Shown piece by piece: positions 8,630 through 19,029 of a DNA stretch of 64,000 nt. The stretch spans positions 1-64,000 of IMG/VR virus record IMGVR_UViG_3300048444_000173. One strand, 5' to 3'. Under the pieces are notes generated by a model. The model saw only the letters and a program-made list of their open reading frames with translations. It was not told the DNA's origin and made no database searches. The position numbers and the translations under genes are program-made. This DNA is from a virus. Position 1 is the stretch's first letter. Every line of letters starts with the position of its first letter.

Positions 8630-10524
8630 TGACAGACGAATTAGAAGAAGGTGAATTGTTAGGGCATTATGCTTGCGTTGGTCATGGCGGTAGTGATTCG
8701 TTAGCACTGTACCAACATGAGGACGGAATAAGAGGTTATTGCTTTGCTGAATGTGGGGCAGTTTCAGCTAAGACATTGAAAAAGTGGGAAGTTACTGACG
8801 GTAAAGATGAAGTGTTAGTAGAACCAGCAATTATTACAAGTTCAAAAGGAGGCTCTTTTGTTATGACTGATGAAGTGTTAGCTAAAGTTAATAGTATTCT
8901 CGAAAAGGAAACACACGGTTGGCCTGAGCGCAGAATACCAGCTATTGTTAATGATTTTTATGGTGTTCGTTCAGACGTAGAAGGCTCAGGTAGGGATAAG
9001 GTTTTACTTAAAGAGTATTGTCCTTCTTACGACCAAAATGACGACCTAGTTGGTTGGCACGTTCGTGATGACAAATGCAAAAAAGCCCGAAACGAGGGAC
9101 AGAAAGATTTACCACAACCTTTTTACTCTATTGGTAAAGTTCGTGGTAGTTGTAAAATGTTTGGTCAAAATAAATTTGAGAAAGGTGGTAAGTATTTAGT
9201 TATTGCCTCTGGGCAAGCTGACGCTCGTGCTATCTTTACCGCCCTGAACACAGAGAATGACCATCAGACTAAGCGTACTGTATTAAAGAAATTCCTTACA
9301 CCTATCGTCAGCGTACAGACTGGTGAGGGTAGTATGTCACAGATTAAATCAAACTACGAGTGGATTAGTAGCTTTGAAAATGTAGTAATTATGTATGACC
9401 AAGATGACGCTGGGAAAGAGGGCGCTGAAAAACTAGCTAAGTTACTGAAGCCGGGGCAGGCTAAAATTGCTAAGTATAAGCGCAAAGACGCTTGTGACCA
9501 TTCCAAACGTGGTGAATGGGATGCTATTCGTCAAGCGTTTTGGAAAGCAGAGTCATTCAGTCCTATTGATATTTGCTCACTTGGTCAACTGTGGGATGAA
9601 TTTGAACACGCAGTTGAAGATGATATTATCGAGCTACCTAAAGAATACAGGACTCTTGGTGGAATGATGGGTGGTGGCTTTCGTGCAGGACAGATCACAA
9701 TGTTGTTAGCCTATACTAGCGTTGGGAAAAGTACCCACTTAAACCGTATTGCTTATGACGCTGCTATTCGACAAGGTAAGAAGGTGGGTTTAGTTTATTT
9801 GGAAAGTAGTCCTCGTGAATTAGTAGAAGGATTCTTAAGTATTCACTCCAAAACCAACTTGACTCATTTACGTAGAGAAGAAATGAATATGGGAATGCTA
9901 AAGAATCAATTTCAAGATATGATTGGTAAGGATGATAATATATTGTCCGTTAACCATCACGGTTCTTTCACAAGTGTTGACGATATGTTCAATAAAATCC
10001 GCTGGTTGATTAAAGCTATGGGTTCTCAACTTGTGCTGATAGATCCTCTGCAACAGGCGGTGCCGAATAACGAGAATCAGGTTGTTGAGGAATTTATGGA
10101 TAAATTGCTTAAATTGGTTAAAGAGACTGGTGCTCATATTATTGTTGTTTCTCATATGAAGAAACCTTCTGACACAAACCCTCATAATGTTGATGAATAT
10201 GGGTCAAAGGGTAGTAGTGCAATTAACCAAGTAGCGTTCAACTCAATCTTAATAAGCAGGGACAAGACACACGACAATGCTAAAGTCAGAAATGCTACTA
10301 AACTAACTTTAGTAAAGAACCGCACATTGGGTATTACTGGTGATGCAGGGTGGGTATCTTATAATCCAGATACAACTGAAATTAAAGAGGTTGCTAACCC
10401 GTATGATTCACTTGACGAACCAGATGAGACATTATTTGGTGGTGATGTAGACGTGGGCGAACAAGACTACGACAAAGTTGAAGAACAAGAATCTAGTCAA
10501 GATTGGGAGGTTGTTGATGAGTGA
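8629..10524 (+). CDS. T7 gp4-like primase-helicase
   Basis: Zn finger (C..HGGSDSL...CFAEC), TOPRIM DQD and KDA, SF4 helicase motifs VGKST, LE, IDP, VSH, KGS, KNR. Confidence 0.9.
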   Translation: MTDELEEGELLGHYACVGHGGSDSLALYQHEDGIRGYCFAECGAVSAKTLKKWEVTDGKDEVLVEPAIITSSKGGSFVMTDEVLAKVNSILEKETHGWPERRIPAIVNDFYGVRSDVEGSGRDKVLLKEYCPSYDQNDDLVGWHVRDDKCKKARNEGQKDLPQPFYSIGKVRGSCKMFGQNKFEKGGKYLVIASGQADARAIFTALNTENDHQTKRTVLKKFLTPIVSVQTGEGSMSQIKSNYEWISSFENVVIMYDQDDAGKEGAEKLAKLLKPGQAKIAKYKRKDACDHSKRGEWDAIRQAFWKAESFSPIDICSLGQLWDEFEHAVEDDIIELPKEYRTLGGMMGGGFRAGQITMLLAYTSVGKSTHLNRIAYDAAIRQGKKVGLVYLESSPRELVEGFLSIHSKTNLTHLRREEMNMGMLKNQFQDMIGKDDNILSVNHHGSFTSVDDMFNKIRWLIKAMGSQLVLIDPLQQAVPNNENQVVEEFMDKLLKLVKETGAHIIVVSHMKKPSDTNPHNVDEYGSKGSSAINQVAFNSILISRDKTHDNAKVRNATKLTLVKNRTLGITGDAGWVSYNPDTTEIKEVANPYDSLDEPDETLFGGDVDVGEQDYDKVEEQESSQDWEVVDE

Positions 10525-12712
10525 TAAAGATTACTTAGACGTATGGGTTTGTGACGTAGAAACTTTTAAGGATTGCTTCACCCTAGTTGCGGCTAATGAA
10601 TCTAAGAAGAAAATGTATGTGTTCGAGATTTCGTCAAGGAAAGACGACTCTCAACGCTTGCGTAAATTCTTAGGACAACTTTATAAGAATAAGGAAACAC
10701 TTGTCGGGTTTAACTTTGTCGGATTCGATTACCCTGTTATTGTGCATTTCTTAGAGAATAAAGGTATAACTTGCACCGAGTTGCATGAGTTCGCTAATGA
10801 CATTATTGCGGCACAGAACAGCGAAGATGACAAGTTCAAATATCAAGTACCAAAGAATAAGCAGTGGATTCGCTGTGTCGATTTGTACTTAATTAATCAT
10901 TTCAACAATAAGGCTAGAGCTACTAGCTTGAAGATGATTGAATTTAATATGCGTAGTGAAATGATTGAGGATTTACCTTATAATCCGACTGACGATTTGA
11001 CAGAAGATCAGATCCAGAAAATCGTTGAGTATAACAAACACGACGTACTTGAAACGCTAAAGTTCTATAAAGAATGCTTAGGTGCAGTTAAGTTCCGTGA
11101 CGTCCTCTCTGAACAACTAGGAATGGACGTAACAAACTTTGACGACACTAAAATTGGTAAGCAGTTCTTTATTAATGAGCTTGAGAAGAATGACCCAGAA
11201 GCCTGTTATAAGAATGTAGGTGGACGTAAAATTAAACGTCAAACTAAGCGTGACAGTATTGATTTGAGTGAAACTATTTTGCCGTACATTAAGTTCAAGC
11301 GTCCAGAGTTTAAGGCTGTAAAGGAATGGGTGGCTAAGCAAGTTATTACAGAAACTAAGGGCGTGTTCACCGACATTGAAGAACATGAGCTTGGTGAACT
11401 TGCTAAATATGCTCACATGGAAACTAAGTCTAAGAAACTCAAGACTAAGGAAACTAAAGACCGTGATTTGTATAAGCAAGTTCGTAAGCGTATTCGTGAA
11501 GAAGATTTGGATGAGAGTGAGGTTGAACAACTTGAAGATTCAATTTACGGTGTACCAGATCAAGATGAAATTGACGAGTTATTAGAGTTGCACCCTAAAG
11601 GTTGGGTTGAGCGCACCCGCCTAAAGTCAGGCAAAACCAGCTTCAACTTTAACTGGCGTATAGCTCCGAACTTGAATACTGTCGTTGATGGTTTTGTATG
11701 GGATTTCGGCGTAGGTGGTGTGCATGGTGCTACTGCTGGTAAGAGTTATGTCAAAGATGAATCACAACGCATTATGTCATGGGACGTAACAAGTTATTAT
11801 CCGAACTTGTCTATCCGTAATCGGATTTACCCTGAACATTTGGGTGAGATGTTTTGTGACGTATATGAGGAACTGTTTGAGAGGCGTAAGAAATACCCTA
11901 AAGGTACACCTCAAAATCTTTCTCTGAAGTTGAGCTTGAACGCCTCTTACGGCGCGTCTAATGATAAATATTCAGTAATGTTTGATCCTAAATTTACGAT
12001 GAAGATTACACTTGCTGGACAATTATCACTTGCTATGCTTGGCGAATGGTTAGTTGAAGGTTGTGAAACTTTAAACATAATCATGGTGAATACGGACGGA
12101 CTTGAATTTACTGTCCACCCTGACGAAGTTGAGAAGTCCACACAAATATGCCAAGAGTGGGAAAAGGCAACTAAGTTACAACTCGAAGGTGAAGAATATG
12201 ACAAACTGTTCATAGCAAACGTGAACAACTACGTTGGTGTATTCACTGACGGTAAAGTTAAGCGTAAAGGTGCTTATGAATATGAAGGATTAGGTTGGCA
12301 TCAAAATCAAAGTGCATTAGTGATTAAACGTGCTGCTGTCTTAGAGATGACAGACGGAATCCCACTAGAGAAAACTATACGTGATTGTCGTGACCCTTAC
12401 GACTTTATGCTACGAACAAAAGTACCACGTAGTTCTCGCTTGGTATTGCGCTATCACGATTCTGACGGAGATTTAATGCGTGAAGAACAGCAACAAAATA
12501 TCACACGGTATTATATTGCTAATGATGGTGGTAGCTTGATTAAAGTTATGCCACCTTTACCTAAAGACCCTGAAAAGGAGCGTGAGATTGGTATTGATAA
12601 GGAATGGTTAGTGAAAACGTGCAATAACATGAAAAACTTTGACTGGGATATTAATTACGATTACTATATCAGTGAAGCTAAGAAGCTGGTGAATGCTGTG
12701 GGAGAGTTTTAA
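10517..12712 (+). CDS. DNA polymerase, divergent family B, with 3'-5' exonuclease
   Basis: Exonuclease motifs DVE, GFN..FD, YN.HD; polymerase motifs DVTSYYP, KLSLNASYG, NTDG, KRKG. Confidence 0.88.
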   Translation: MSDKDYLDVWVCDVETFKDCFTLVAANESKKKMYVFEISSRKDDSQRLRKFLGQLYKNKETLVGFNFVGFDYPVIVHFLENKGITCTELHEFANDIIAAQNSEDDKFKYQVPKNKQWIRCVDLYLINHFNNKARATSLKMIEFNMRSEMIEDLPYNPTDDLTEDQIQKIVEYNKHDVLETLKFYKECLGAVKFRDVLSEQLGMDVTNFDDTKIGKQFFINELEKNDPEACYKNVGGRKIKRQTKRDSIDLSETILPYIKFKRPEFKAVKEWVAKQVITETKGVFTDIEEHELGELAKYAHMETKSKKLKTKETKDRDLYKQVRKRIREEDLDESEVEQLEDSIYGVPDQDEIDELLELHPKGWVERTRLKSGKTSFNFNWRIAPNLNTVVDGFVWDFGVGGVHGATAGKSYVKDESQRIMSWDVTSYYPNLSIRNRIYPEHLGEMFCDVYEELFERRKKYPKGTPQNLSLKLSLNASYGASNDKYSVMFDPKFTMKITLAGQLSLAMLGEWLVEGCETLNIIMVNTDGLEFTVHPDEVEKSTQICQEWEKATKLQLEGEEYDKLFIANVNNYVGVFTDGKVKRKGAYEYEGLGWHQNQSALVIKRAAVLEMTDGIPLEKTIRDCRDPYDFMLRTKVPRSSRLVLRYHDSDGDLMREEQQQNITRYYIANDGGSLIKVMPPLPKDPEKEREIGIDKEWLVKTCNNMKNFDWDINYDYYISEAKKLVNAVGEF

Positions 12713-12713
12713 T

Positions 12714-13673
12714 ATGGACTATTGGTACTTAAAAAATTCACCAGAACACTTAGCCAAGATCACAGCCGAACGTAAGCCGAGAGCTTATTACTTAGAAATT
12801 AAGAATCAGTATGCCCATACAAAACGTCATCCGCACATGAGATGGATGAGTGATAGCTTTGCCGATGTTATTGGCGAACATGACGTGAAGCATGAACAAG
12901 TGCTGATACCACATATCGACGTAGACTATGACCCATTCCTCCCGTTCGAGGGGGATTGGGACTTAGATACTATTGATGATTATACTAAGTTAGCAAATGT
13001 GAACGTATGGAACCGGGTCAATCCTAAGCATAGACCTATTGTGGGATTCTTGCTTAAGCACCAGAACCCAAATATCGGCTTACTTGATGCAAAAGGAATA
13101 CTTAAGCCAAAACGTCACCACCTATTTACAGCAGACCCTGTTACCACTACAATGGTGCAGAATCTAAAGTCAATAGGATGGGACACGAATAAACTGTGGC
13201 GTATCTACGGTTATGCTGTACCTTTTGGTGAGAAGTCCATGAAAGATTATTACAAAGATACTTGTCAAAGATATTGTTTTAACCTTGACTTCGGCTTTGG
13301 TATTCGGTACAGTAGGACATTCTATACACTCTATGACAATGTTGAGGGCAAATATATTAAGCCTAATCTTCGTAAAGATAGAGGGTATAGTTATTCGACC
13401 AAGCCTACATTTGCAACGCATACGGTAATGAAACTTGCACAGATGTTGCATAAAAGAGGTTTGGACATAGATTATATTGATGAAAACTTAACTGTGGTTC
13501 GTTACCACTTCTTTCCGCTTAAGTCATTTCCAGTAAATTTGGAGCTTAATGGCGTTAGGAAGAGGGAGGCAGAAGCTATGTATAACGCTGGTAATGAAGA
13601 TATTGTTAAGTATAATTATCATGCGTTTCGGTATCATCATAAAAAGATGGCGAAATTGAGGAAAAAGGTTTGA
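12714..13673 (+). CDS. Hypothetical protein (about 319 aa)
   Basis: Long ORF with RBS GGAG; no recognised motif. Confidence 0.6.
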   Translation: MDYWYLKNSPEHLAKITAERKPRAYYLEIKNQYAHTKRHPHMRWMSDSFADVIGEHDVKHEQVLIPHIDVDYDPFLPFEGDWDLDTIDDYTKLANVNVWNRVNPKHRPIVGFLLKHQNPNIGLLDAKGILKPKRHHLFTADPVTTTMVQNLKSIGWDTNKLWRIYGYAVPFGEKSMKDYYKDTCQRYCFNLDFGFGIRYSRTFYTLYDNVEGKYIKPNLRKDRGYSYSTKPTFATHTVMKLAQMLHKRGLDIDYIDENLTVVRYHFFPLKSFPVNLELNGVRKREAEAMYNAGNEDIVKYNYHAFRYHHKKMAKLRKKV

Positions 13674-13698
13674 CAAAATATCCGTTATGGATTAAACT
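13670..13698 (+). promoter_or_regulatory. Sigma70-type promoter for SSB
   Basis: TTGACA-17 bp-TAAACT. Confidence 0.7.
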
Positions 13699-13758
13699 AC
13701 GCAATATGGGCAGTGAAGCTCATATTGAAATTTCAATAAACTAGGAGGTATATACCTT

Positions 13759-14412
13759 ATGGCTAAGACTAAGAAATCTGTAATTCTTAAAGAAGATGGT
13801 CAATTCAATCACGTTTACATTATGGGCGCAAAAATTTACTATGCTAAGGTTCAATCGCCGCAGCAAAAGTATAAAGCACCAGAAGGTGAGCGTGAATATG
13901 CTTTGACTGCATTCGTTGACGAAAAGACTAAGGAAGCATTGTTGGACTTACCTGTTAATAGTGCTAAGAGCTTTGCTGAGGTTGGAGTGGATAAATTGAA
14001 GAAGGGGCGTAACAGAGGCGAGATTAAATATCCTCTGGACAAATACCCTGATTGTGAAGGCTTATTTGGCTTCAACTTAAATTGCCCTGAGTTCTCTAAG
14101 GTAGGTAAGAAGCGCACAATTAAGGTCATTGACAAGAATGGCGAGGATATTGAGTCGTTGATTGGTAATGGTAGCGTTGCCAACATTAAAACGCTTGCTT
14201 ATAAGAACCAAGATGAAGAGTGGAATATGCAATTGTCACTGCTGCAAGTCACTGACCTAATCGAGTATGAGTCTGATGGTGAAGTAGAGGACGACGTGTT
14301 AGGTGTAAGTTACGGCGTATCAAGTGCTAAATCTGATGACAATGATTCTGGTATCTCTGATGACGACATTCCATTTGACACAGGTGACGACAACGATGAC
14401 GAAGAATATTAA
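13759..14412 (+). CDS. ssb: Single-stranded DNA-binding protein (gp2.5-like)
   Basis: IGNGS..N motif, very acidic tail ending DDEEY, strong RBS AGGAGG. Confidence 0.75.
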   Translation: MAKTKKSVILKEDGQFNHVYIMGAKIYYAKVQSPQQKYKAPEGEREYALTAFVDEKTKEALLDLPVNSAKSFAEVGVDKLKKGRNRGEIKYPLDKYPDCEGLFGFNLNCPEFSKVGKKRTIKVIDKNGEDIESLIGNGSVANIKTLAYKNQDEEWNMQLSLLQVTDLIEYESDGEVEDDVLGVSYGVSSAKSDDNDSGISDDDIPFDTGDDNDDEEY

Positions 14413-14438
14413 TCGTCAATAATATTACCCTAATAATT

Positions 14439-14462
14439 GGGCGGCATTGTGTCGCCCTTTTC
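14439..14462 (+). terminator. Intrinsic terminator after ssb
   Basis: GGGCGGCA-TTG-TGTCGCCC followed by a T run. Confidence 0.65.
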
Positions 14463-14481
14463 GTTTATGTGGAGGTATGAT

Positions 14482-15726
14482 TTGGGACGGACTATGAATC
14501 CAAAGGACATAGAGGATAAATATAAAGGTAGACTTCTTCAAAAGTTTGGTGACAATTATATTTTTACAAACTTCGAAAAAGAGGGCAACGGAGCTTTTAG
14601 TGTAGATGTTTTTTGCAAGATCCATAATACCCACCACAGGAGCAGGATTAGTAATTTACTATTAAAATATAAATACTGTTGCCCTACCTGTAAAAAAGAA
14701 GCTAGGGCTGAGAATGATAAGAAAAGGGGTCTCAAGATCATTCAAGAACGCCTAGTGGATAAATTTGGGACAAATATAACATTAGACCAGAGTACCTTTG
14801 TAAGCACCCAAAAAGAGGCTAAGTTCAAATGTGAAAAACATGGCGAATTTTTAGCTAAACCTGCTAATGTGGTAGCTAGTAAAAACGGATGTTTTGAATG
14901 CACCAGAGGTTATAAACCTAATGGTAGTAATGGGTTAAAGTACACAACAGAATCTTATATTAATGCTTGTAAGGAAGTCCACGGGCATAAGTACGATTAT
15001 AGTAAGACGGAGTATAGGGGTTGCGCTCACAAGGTTACTATAATTTGCCCCACGCATGGCGAATTTAAAACCGACGCCAATGTCCACTTAAAAGGACACC
15101 ATTGTAATAAATGTGCAAATATCAGTTTTGGCTTGAAAACTAGGAAGTGGAGCACTGACTACTTCATCCAGAAAGCCACTGAGACGCATGGAGGCAAGTA
15201 TGACTACTCTAACACCATTTGTGGAAGATGTGATGATGTAGTTAAAATAGGATGTAGGGAACACGGCATGTTTTCTCAAATTGCTTACAACCATGTTCTT
15301 GGTAAGGAAGGATGTAAAGACTGTCTCGAAAGAGATGTACTAGAACCTTATTTCAAGAAACATGATGACTCTCACATTTATTTAATGAGGGTAAATGGCA
15401 ATGGTGAGGATTTCCTGAAGATAGGTATTTCCATAAACCCCGCACACAGGAAGCATGAGATTGCACATGACGTAGAAAATCAATATAAGGTAGAAATTAT
15501 CAAGCAAGTACAAGACTATTCGAGGAGGGTTTGGTTATTTGAAAAAAGAATACATGAGTCACCACTGTTCAAAAAGTATATTCCTAAGTTGAGTTTTGGT
15601 GGCATGACAGAGTGCTATGATTTATCTGAATTAGATTCATTCATAGGTTATTTTAACAAATTTGAAAGTAAGGTGGGGTATGGGAAAGAAAATACCGAAT
15701 TTTGGTCTCGTTTTGATAGACGGTGA
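14482..15726 (+). CDS. Putative homing endonuclease (multiple DUF723-like repeats plus GIY-YIG-like domain)
   Basis: Repeats of HG.KYDYS...I.C..HG.F; HIYLM...FLKIGIS...FGGMTECY. Start chosen after RBS GGAGG. Confidence 0.75.
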   Translation: MGRTMNPKDIEDKYKGRLLQKFGDNYIFTNFEKEGNGAFSVDVFCKIHNTHHRSRISNLLLKYKYCCPTCKKEARAENDKKRGLKIIQERLVDKFGTNITLDQSTFVSTQKEAKFKCEKHGEFLAKPANVVASKNGCFECTRGYKPNGSNGLKYTTESYINACKEVHGHKYDYSKTEYRGCAHKVTIICPTHGEFKTDANVHLKGHHCNKCANISFGLKTRKWSTDYFIQKATETHGGKYDYSNTICGRCDDVVKIGCREHGMFSQIAYNHVLGKEGCKDCLERDVLEPYFKKHDDSHIYLMRVNGNGEDFLKIGISINPAHRKHEIAHDVENQYKVEIIKQVQDYSRRVWLFEKRIHESPLFKKYIPKLSFGGMTECYDLSELDSFIGYFNKFESKVGYGKENTEFWSRFDRR

Positions 15727-16669
15727 TCTATTACACTACAAGTGTTCAGCCGTTGGTGAAAAAGTGAGGTACAATCTTGTCAGTAAAGATGGTGAAGTAA
15801 TAGACACCTTTGATAACGCAAGACAATGTGCCGACACTTTGGACATATTGTTTGCAGACATCCCTGATGAGGATAAGCCAGAGAGAGTTAAGGACATTGA
15901 GGACAGAGGTTTAGACTATTGTAAGAAAGCCTTTAAGAGTCAAATTAAATCTATACTTAAAGCTACTGGTGCAAAAGACTTTAAACTATATCTTGGACAT
16001 AAAGATTCAAAGGCTAACTTTAGACATACTGATATTGCGACAATAAAGAAGTATAAGTCTGGTAGGGCTGCTGAGAAACCTAAGTATTTTGAGGATATGA
16101 GGAAATGGATATTACAAGAGTATAGCCCAGTCATATCTAAAAGGATTGAGTCGGATGACAGGTTGTGTATTGATAGCAGAAAGGACTTCAATAACAGTGC
16201 CAAGACAAAGAATAAAATGCTTTGTAAGGTTGTGGTAGCTACAATAGATAAAGACCACCTGACGGTTCCCGGATGGCTCTATAATTGGGACACAATGAAT
16301 GAACCAACTTTTGTTACTGTCAAAGCTGCGAGAAAATGGTTCTACCAGATGTGCCTCATCGGTGACACAGTTGATTCCATACAAGGTTGCCCTCTAGTTG
16401 GTCACAAGAAAGCTGAGTCCATATTTGACGGATGTAAAGCAGACGAAGAGTATTGGAAGATTGTCTGCGAGCAATATATCCACGCCTACCGTAAGAAGGT
16501 TGACGAGGATGGTTATTTTAACTATGAACATGCTTACACAGGAGAACCCATGAAAAAGACACCTGTTGAGATAGCTGTTGAAATGGCTACACTCTTACAC
16601 ATGCTTAGAAGTAAGTCTGATAAATGGAAGCCGCCATTTGACTATGAGAAGGAGATACAGAACCTATGA
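15680..16669 (+). CDS. 5'-3' exonuclease (T7 gp6-like)
   Basis: LIDGD, NFR, YK.GR, ESDD, IDKD, GDTVDSI.G motifs. Confidence 0.85.
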   Translation: MGKKIPNFGLVLIDGDLLHYKCSAVGEKVRYNLVSKDGEVIDTFDNARQCADTLDILFADIPDEDKPERVKDIEDRGLDYCKKAFKSQIKSILKATGAKDFKLYLGHKDSKANFRHTDIATIKKYKSGRAAEKPKYFEDMRKWILQEYSPVISKRIESDDRLCIDSRKDFNNSAKTKNKMLCKVVVATIDKDHLTVPGWLYNWDTMNEPTFVTVKAARKWFYQMCLIGDTVDSIQGCPLVGHKKAESIFDGCKADEEYWKIVCEQYIHAYRKKVDEDGYFNYEHAYTGEPMKKTPVEIAVEMATLLHMLRSKSDKWKPPFDYEKEIQNL

Positions 16670-17163
16670 AGAAACGCTATTTCGCAAAACGACCAAAGGG
16701 TTTGCCCAAAGGTTATGACAGTAAACTTGAGTACAGATTGCACCAGACTTGCTTAAAGGGAACTCAGCATCATGTTCCCACGGAAGATCGTGTACCGTAC
16801 AAAGTTGAGCATACTTATGAACCTGATTATGTATTCACTCACTATAACAAATTGTATATAACTGAGGCAAAAGGTCGCGCAAGAGAGCAGAGCGAATTAC
16901 GTAAACTGTGCTATGTCCGTGACCATTTTGACGAATGGCAATACTACAAAGATTCAGGTTGCACTGACATAGAGCTTGTGTTAATATTCGAGAACAGTTC
17001 AACACCTATGCCTTTTGCTAAGAAGCGTAAAGATGGAACTAAGCAAAGTCATGGTGAGTGGGCTACAAGAAATGGATTTAGATGGTTATGCGAGAAACGT
17101 GGTGACTTAGAAGATGTCGTTACTCGTAGTGACTTAATCAAGAAACTTGACGAACTAAACTAA
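16666..17163 (+). CDS. Endonuclease I / Holliday junction resolvase (T7 gp3-like)
   Basis: YDSKLE, Y.PDY, EAKGR, W...NGF.W. Confidence 0.8.
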   Translation: MKKRYFAKRPKGLPKGYDSKLEYRLHQTCLKGTQHHVPTEDRVPYKVEHTYEPDYVFTHYNKLYITEAKGRAREQSELRKLCYVRDHFDEWQYYKDSGCTDIELVLIFENSSTPMPFAKKRKDGTKQSHGEWATRNGFRWLCEKRGDLEDVVTRSDLIKKLDELN

Positions 17164-17175
17164 GGAGAAATTATT

Positions 17176-17972
17176 ATGCGAGTATTTGTAGACCAAGACG
17201 ATGGTAAAGAGCCTACTGAGTTTGTTTACACCAACAGTGAGGAGGACACAGAAGGTGTGAGGGTAGATTGTTATCATGTAGACTTATTTGAGGAAAATAA
17301 TGAAGATGCTAGATTCAGAGTTATTGGTAAAGACATCCCTAAGCTAATCAAAGCGCTCGAAGCAGCTTATGAACAGATCACTAAGGAGAATAATTTATGA
17401 ACCAATATTTATTGCAGTATGGAAGTTATTCGGATGAACCACAGTTTACCCAAATTGATGCAAGCACCCCAGAAGAAGCTGCTGCTGAAAAACTAGCTGA
17501 TGAGAATCCAGATTATTTAGACGTCTATGTGCTCGTATTAGAAGATTATAAGGAGAAATCTTAATGCAACAACCTAGCGAATTACAGCAGACACAAGCTG
17601 AGCTAAATGACACAGCCTTAACTCTTGTGCGTGAACAACGTAAGCTCAAACAATCGCAGAATAATCTTCAGTCATTATTACAGGCTGTATTGAACTTAGC
17701 CAAAACTGATGACGTAGAGATTAAGTCATTAGACGATGCGCTGAATTATTTGAACAGCAAAGCTATTCCAGATAGTGAGGACGATAATGACAGCAATTAA
17801 ATTTAACTCAAGCCGCTACAGCATAATATCTGTGGCGGAATTTCACGAAGTATTTGATTGGCAAGAACGTGAAACAGTGTTTGTGTCAGAGAAGCGACAT
17901 AAGGCTGAATTTGCCCTTGCCCAATTAATTAAGAATGGACGTATTGACAAAGCTATGATGGAGGTAAAATAA
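17176..17972 (+). CDS. Four small hypothetical genes (17176-17400, 17397-17564, 17564-17800, 17787-17972)
   Basis: Tightly coupled ORFs, each with an AAGGAG or GAGG RBS. Confidence 0.55.
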
Positions 17973-18655
17973 TGACAGAACTGGAGCGAGTGGGATTATG
18001 GAACACTACTGCGGGTAAGCCTTGTGGCGCTAGTAATGGCGAAGATGAATTGATGCGTTCACAAGTGCTGTTTATCGCTGAGGAAATTACTGGCACAAGT
18101 GAGTTGTACGAATCATTCCGTCGAGGCAAGGAGCATGGGTTATTGGACGGATGTGGTGACGTGCTAGTTACGGCTGCGGGTGTTCTGCACTTAATTGGTC
18201 ATGATTCCTTTAAGCGATTACCCGCTGAGAATGATACGGGTGATAAGGATATTATGGAAGTTGTTGACGAACTCTACTTCCTCGGATTATCGCTCAAAGA
18301 AGATCCGCTTAGGCTTGACCCTGCTTCCGTTGCTAATGCTTGTATTCAATATGTATGCGACATTCTCCATATCAAAGGTTATGACCCTGAAGCTGTGTTG
18401 AAGATTGTTAACGACAGCAACTTTAGCAAGTTCTGTAATAGTGCAGAAGAAGCTAAGGCAAGTGTGAGAGCATATATGGGCAAGAAGCGGTACAAGAAGG
18501 TCAATTACAAGAAAGTGGGCGCTTACCGTATCGTATTTGGCGATGATGTGGTTAACAACACTAAGGCCAAGACATTGAAGAGTATTCATTTCAAAGAACC
18601 TTGCTTCTTAGATATGATTAAAGAAGTTAACCCTGAATTAATGGAGGAAATTTAA
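17972..18655 (+). CDS. MazG-like / all-alpha NTP pyrophosphatase
   Basis: EE..(E)L...LLDG.GD.LV and V..SN.SK motifs. Confidence 0.7.
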   Translation: MTELERVGLWNTTAGKPCGASNGEDELMRSQVLFIAEEITGTSELYESFRRGKEHGLLDGCGDVLVTAAGVLHLIGHDSFKRLPAENDTGDKDIMEVVDELYFLGLSLKEDPLRLDPASVANACIQYVCDILHIKGYDPEAVLKIVNDSNFSKFCNSAEEAKASVRAYMGKKRYKKVNYKKVGAYRIVFGDDVVNNTKAKTLKSIHFKEPCFLDMIKEVNPELMEEI

Positions 18656-18657
18656 TT

Positions 18658-19029
18658 ATGGAATTCAAACGAGAAGAGCGTTATATTGTAATCAAACGTA
18701 AGCATTTACCCTTTTGGAAAGAATCCCAACTACGTACGGTCATGGAGGATTTTGGTATAGAACCTTTAGAATGTGTTGTCGTAGAAAAAGGATTACCTAA
18801 CTACGAACAAACGTGGAGAGATTTGGAAAAAGTTTACCACGGTGAATATGCTGATAATGAAAAACGGGATTCACTCTTAGCTCATGTAGAACAGCTCTTA
18901 GATGAAATTTCCGCTGAGATTTTCAACAATACTGATATTACACAGCAGACTGGTAATCTATACCAATACGCCATCCTTGCCGATAAGCTAGTAGAATCAA
19001 TCAGAGAGGAGAACCTTAATGCTAAATAA
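18658..19029 (+). CDS. Hypothetical phage protein
   Basis: FKREERYIVIK...CVVVE...P.YE.TW motif recurrent in phages. Confidence 0.55.
   Translation: MEFKREERYIVIKRKHLPFWKESQLRTVMEDFGIEPLECVVVEKGLPNYEQTWRDLEKVYHGEYADNEKRDSLLAHVEQLLDEISAEIFNNTDITQQTGNLYQYAILADKLVESIREENLNAK

Noticed and set aside
11410-11620. Intein in the DNA polymerase
   Set aside because: The charged insertion is short and lacks C/S start, HN end and LAGLIDADG motifs.
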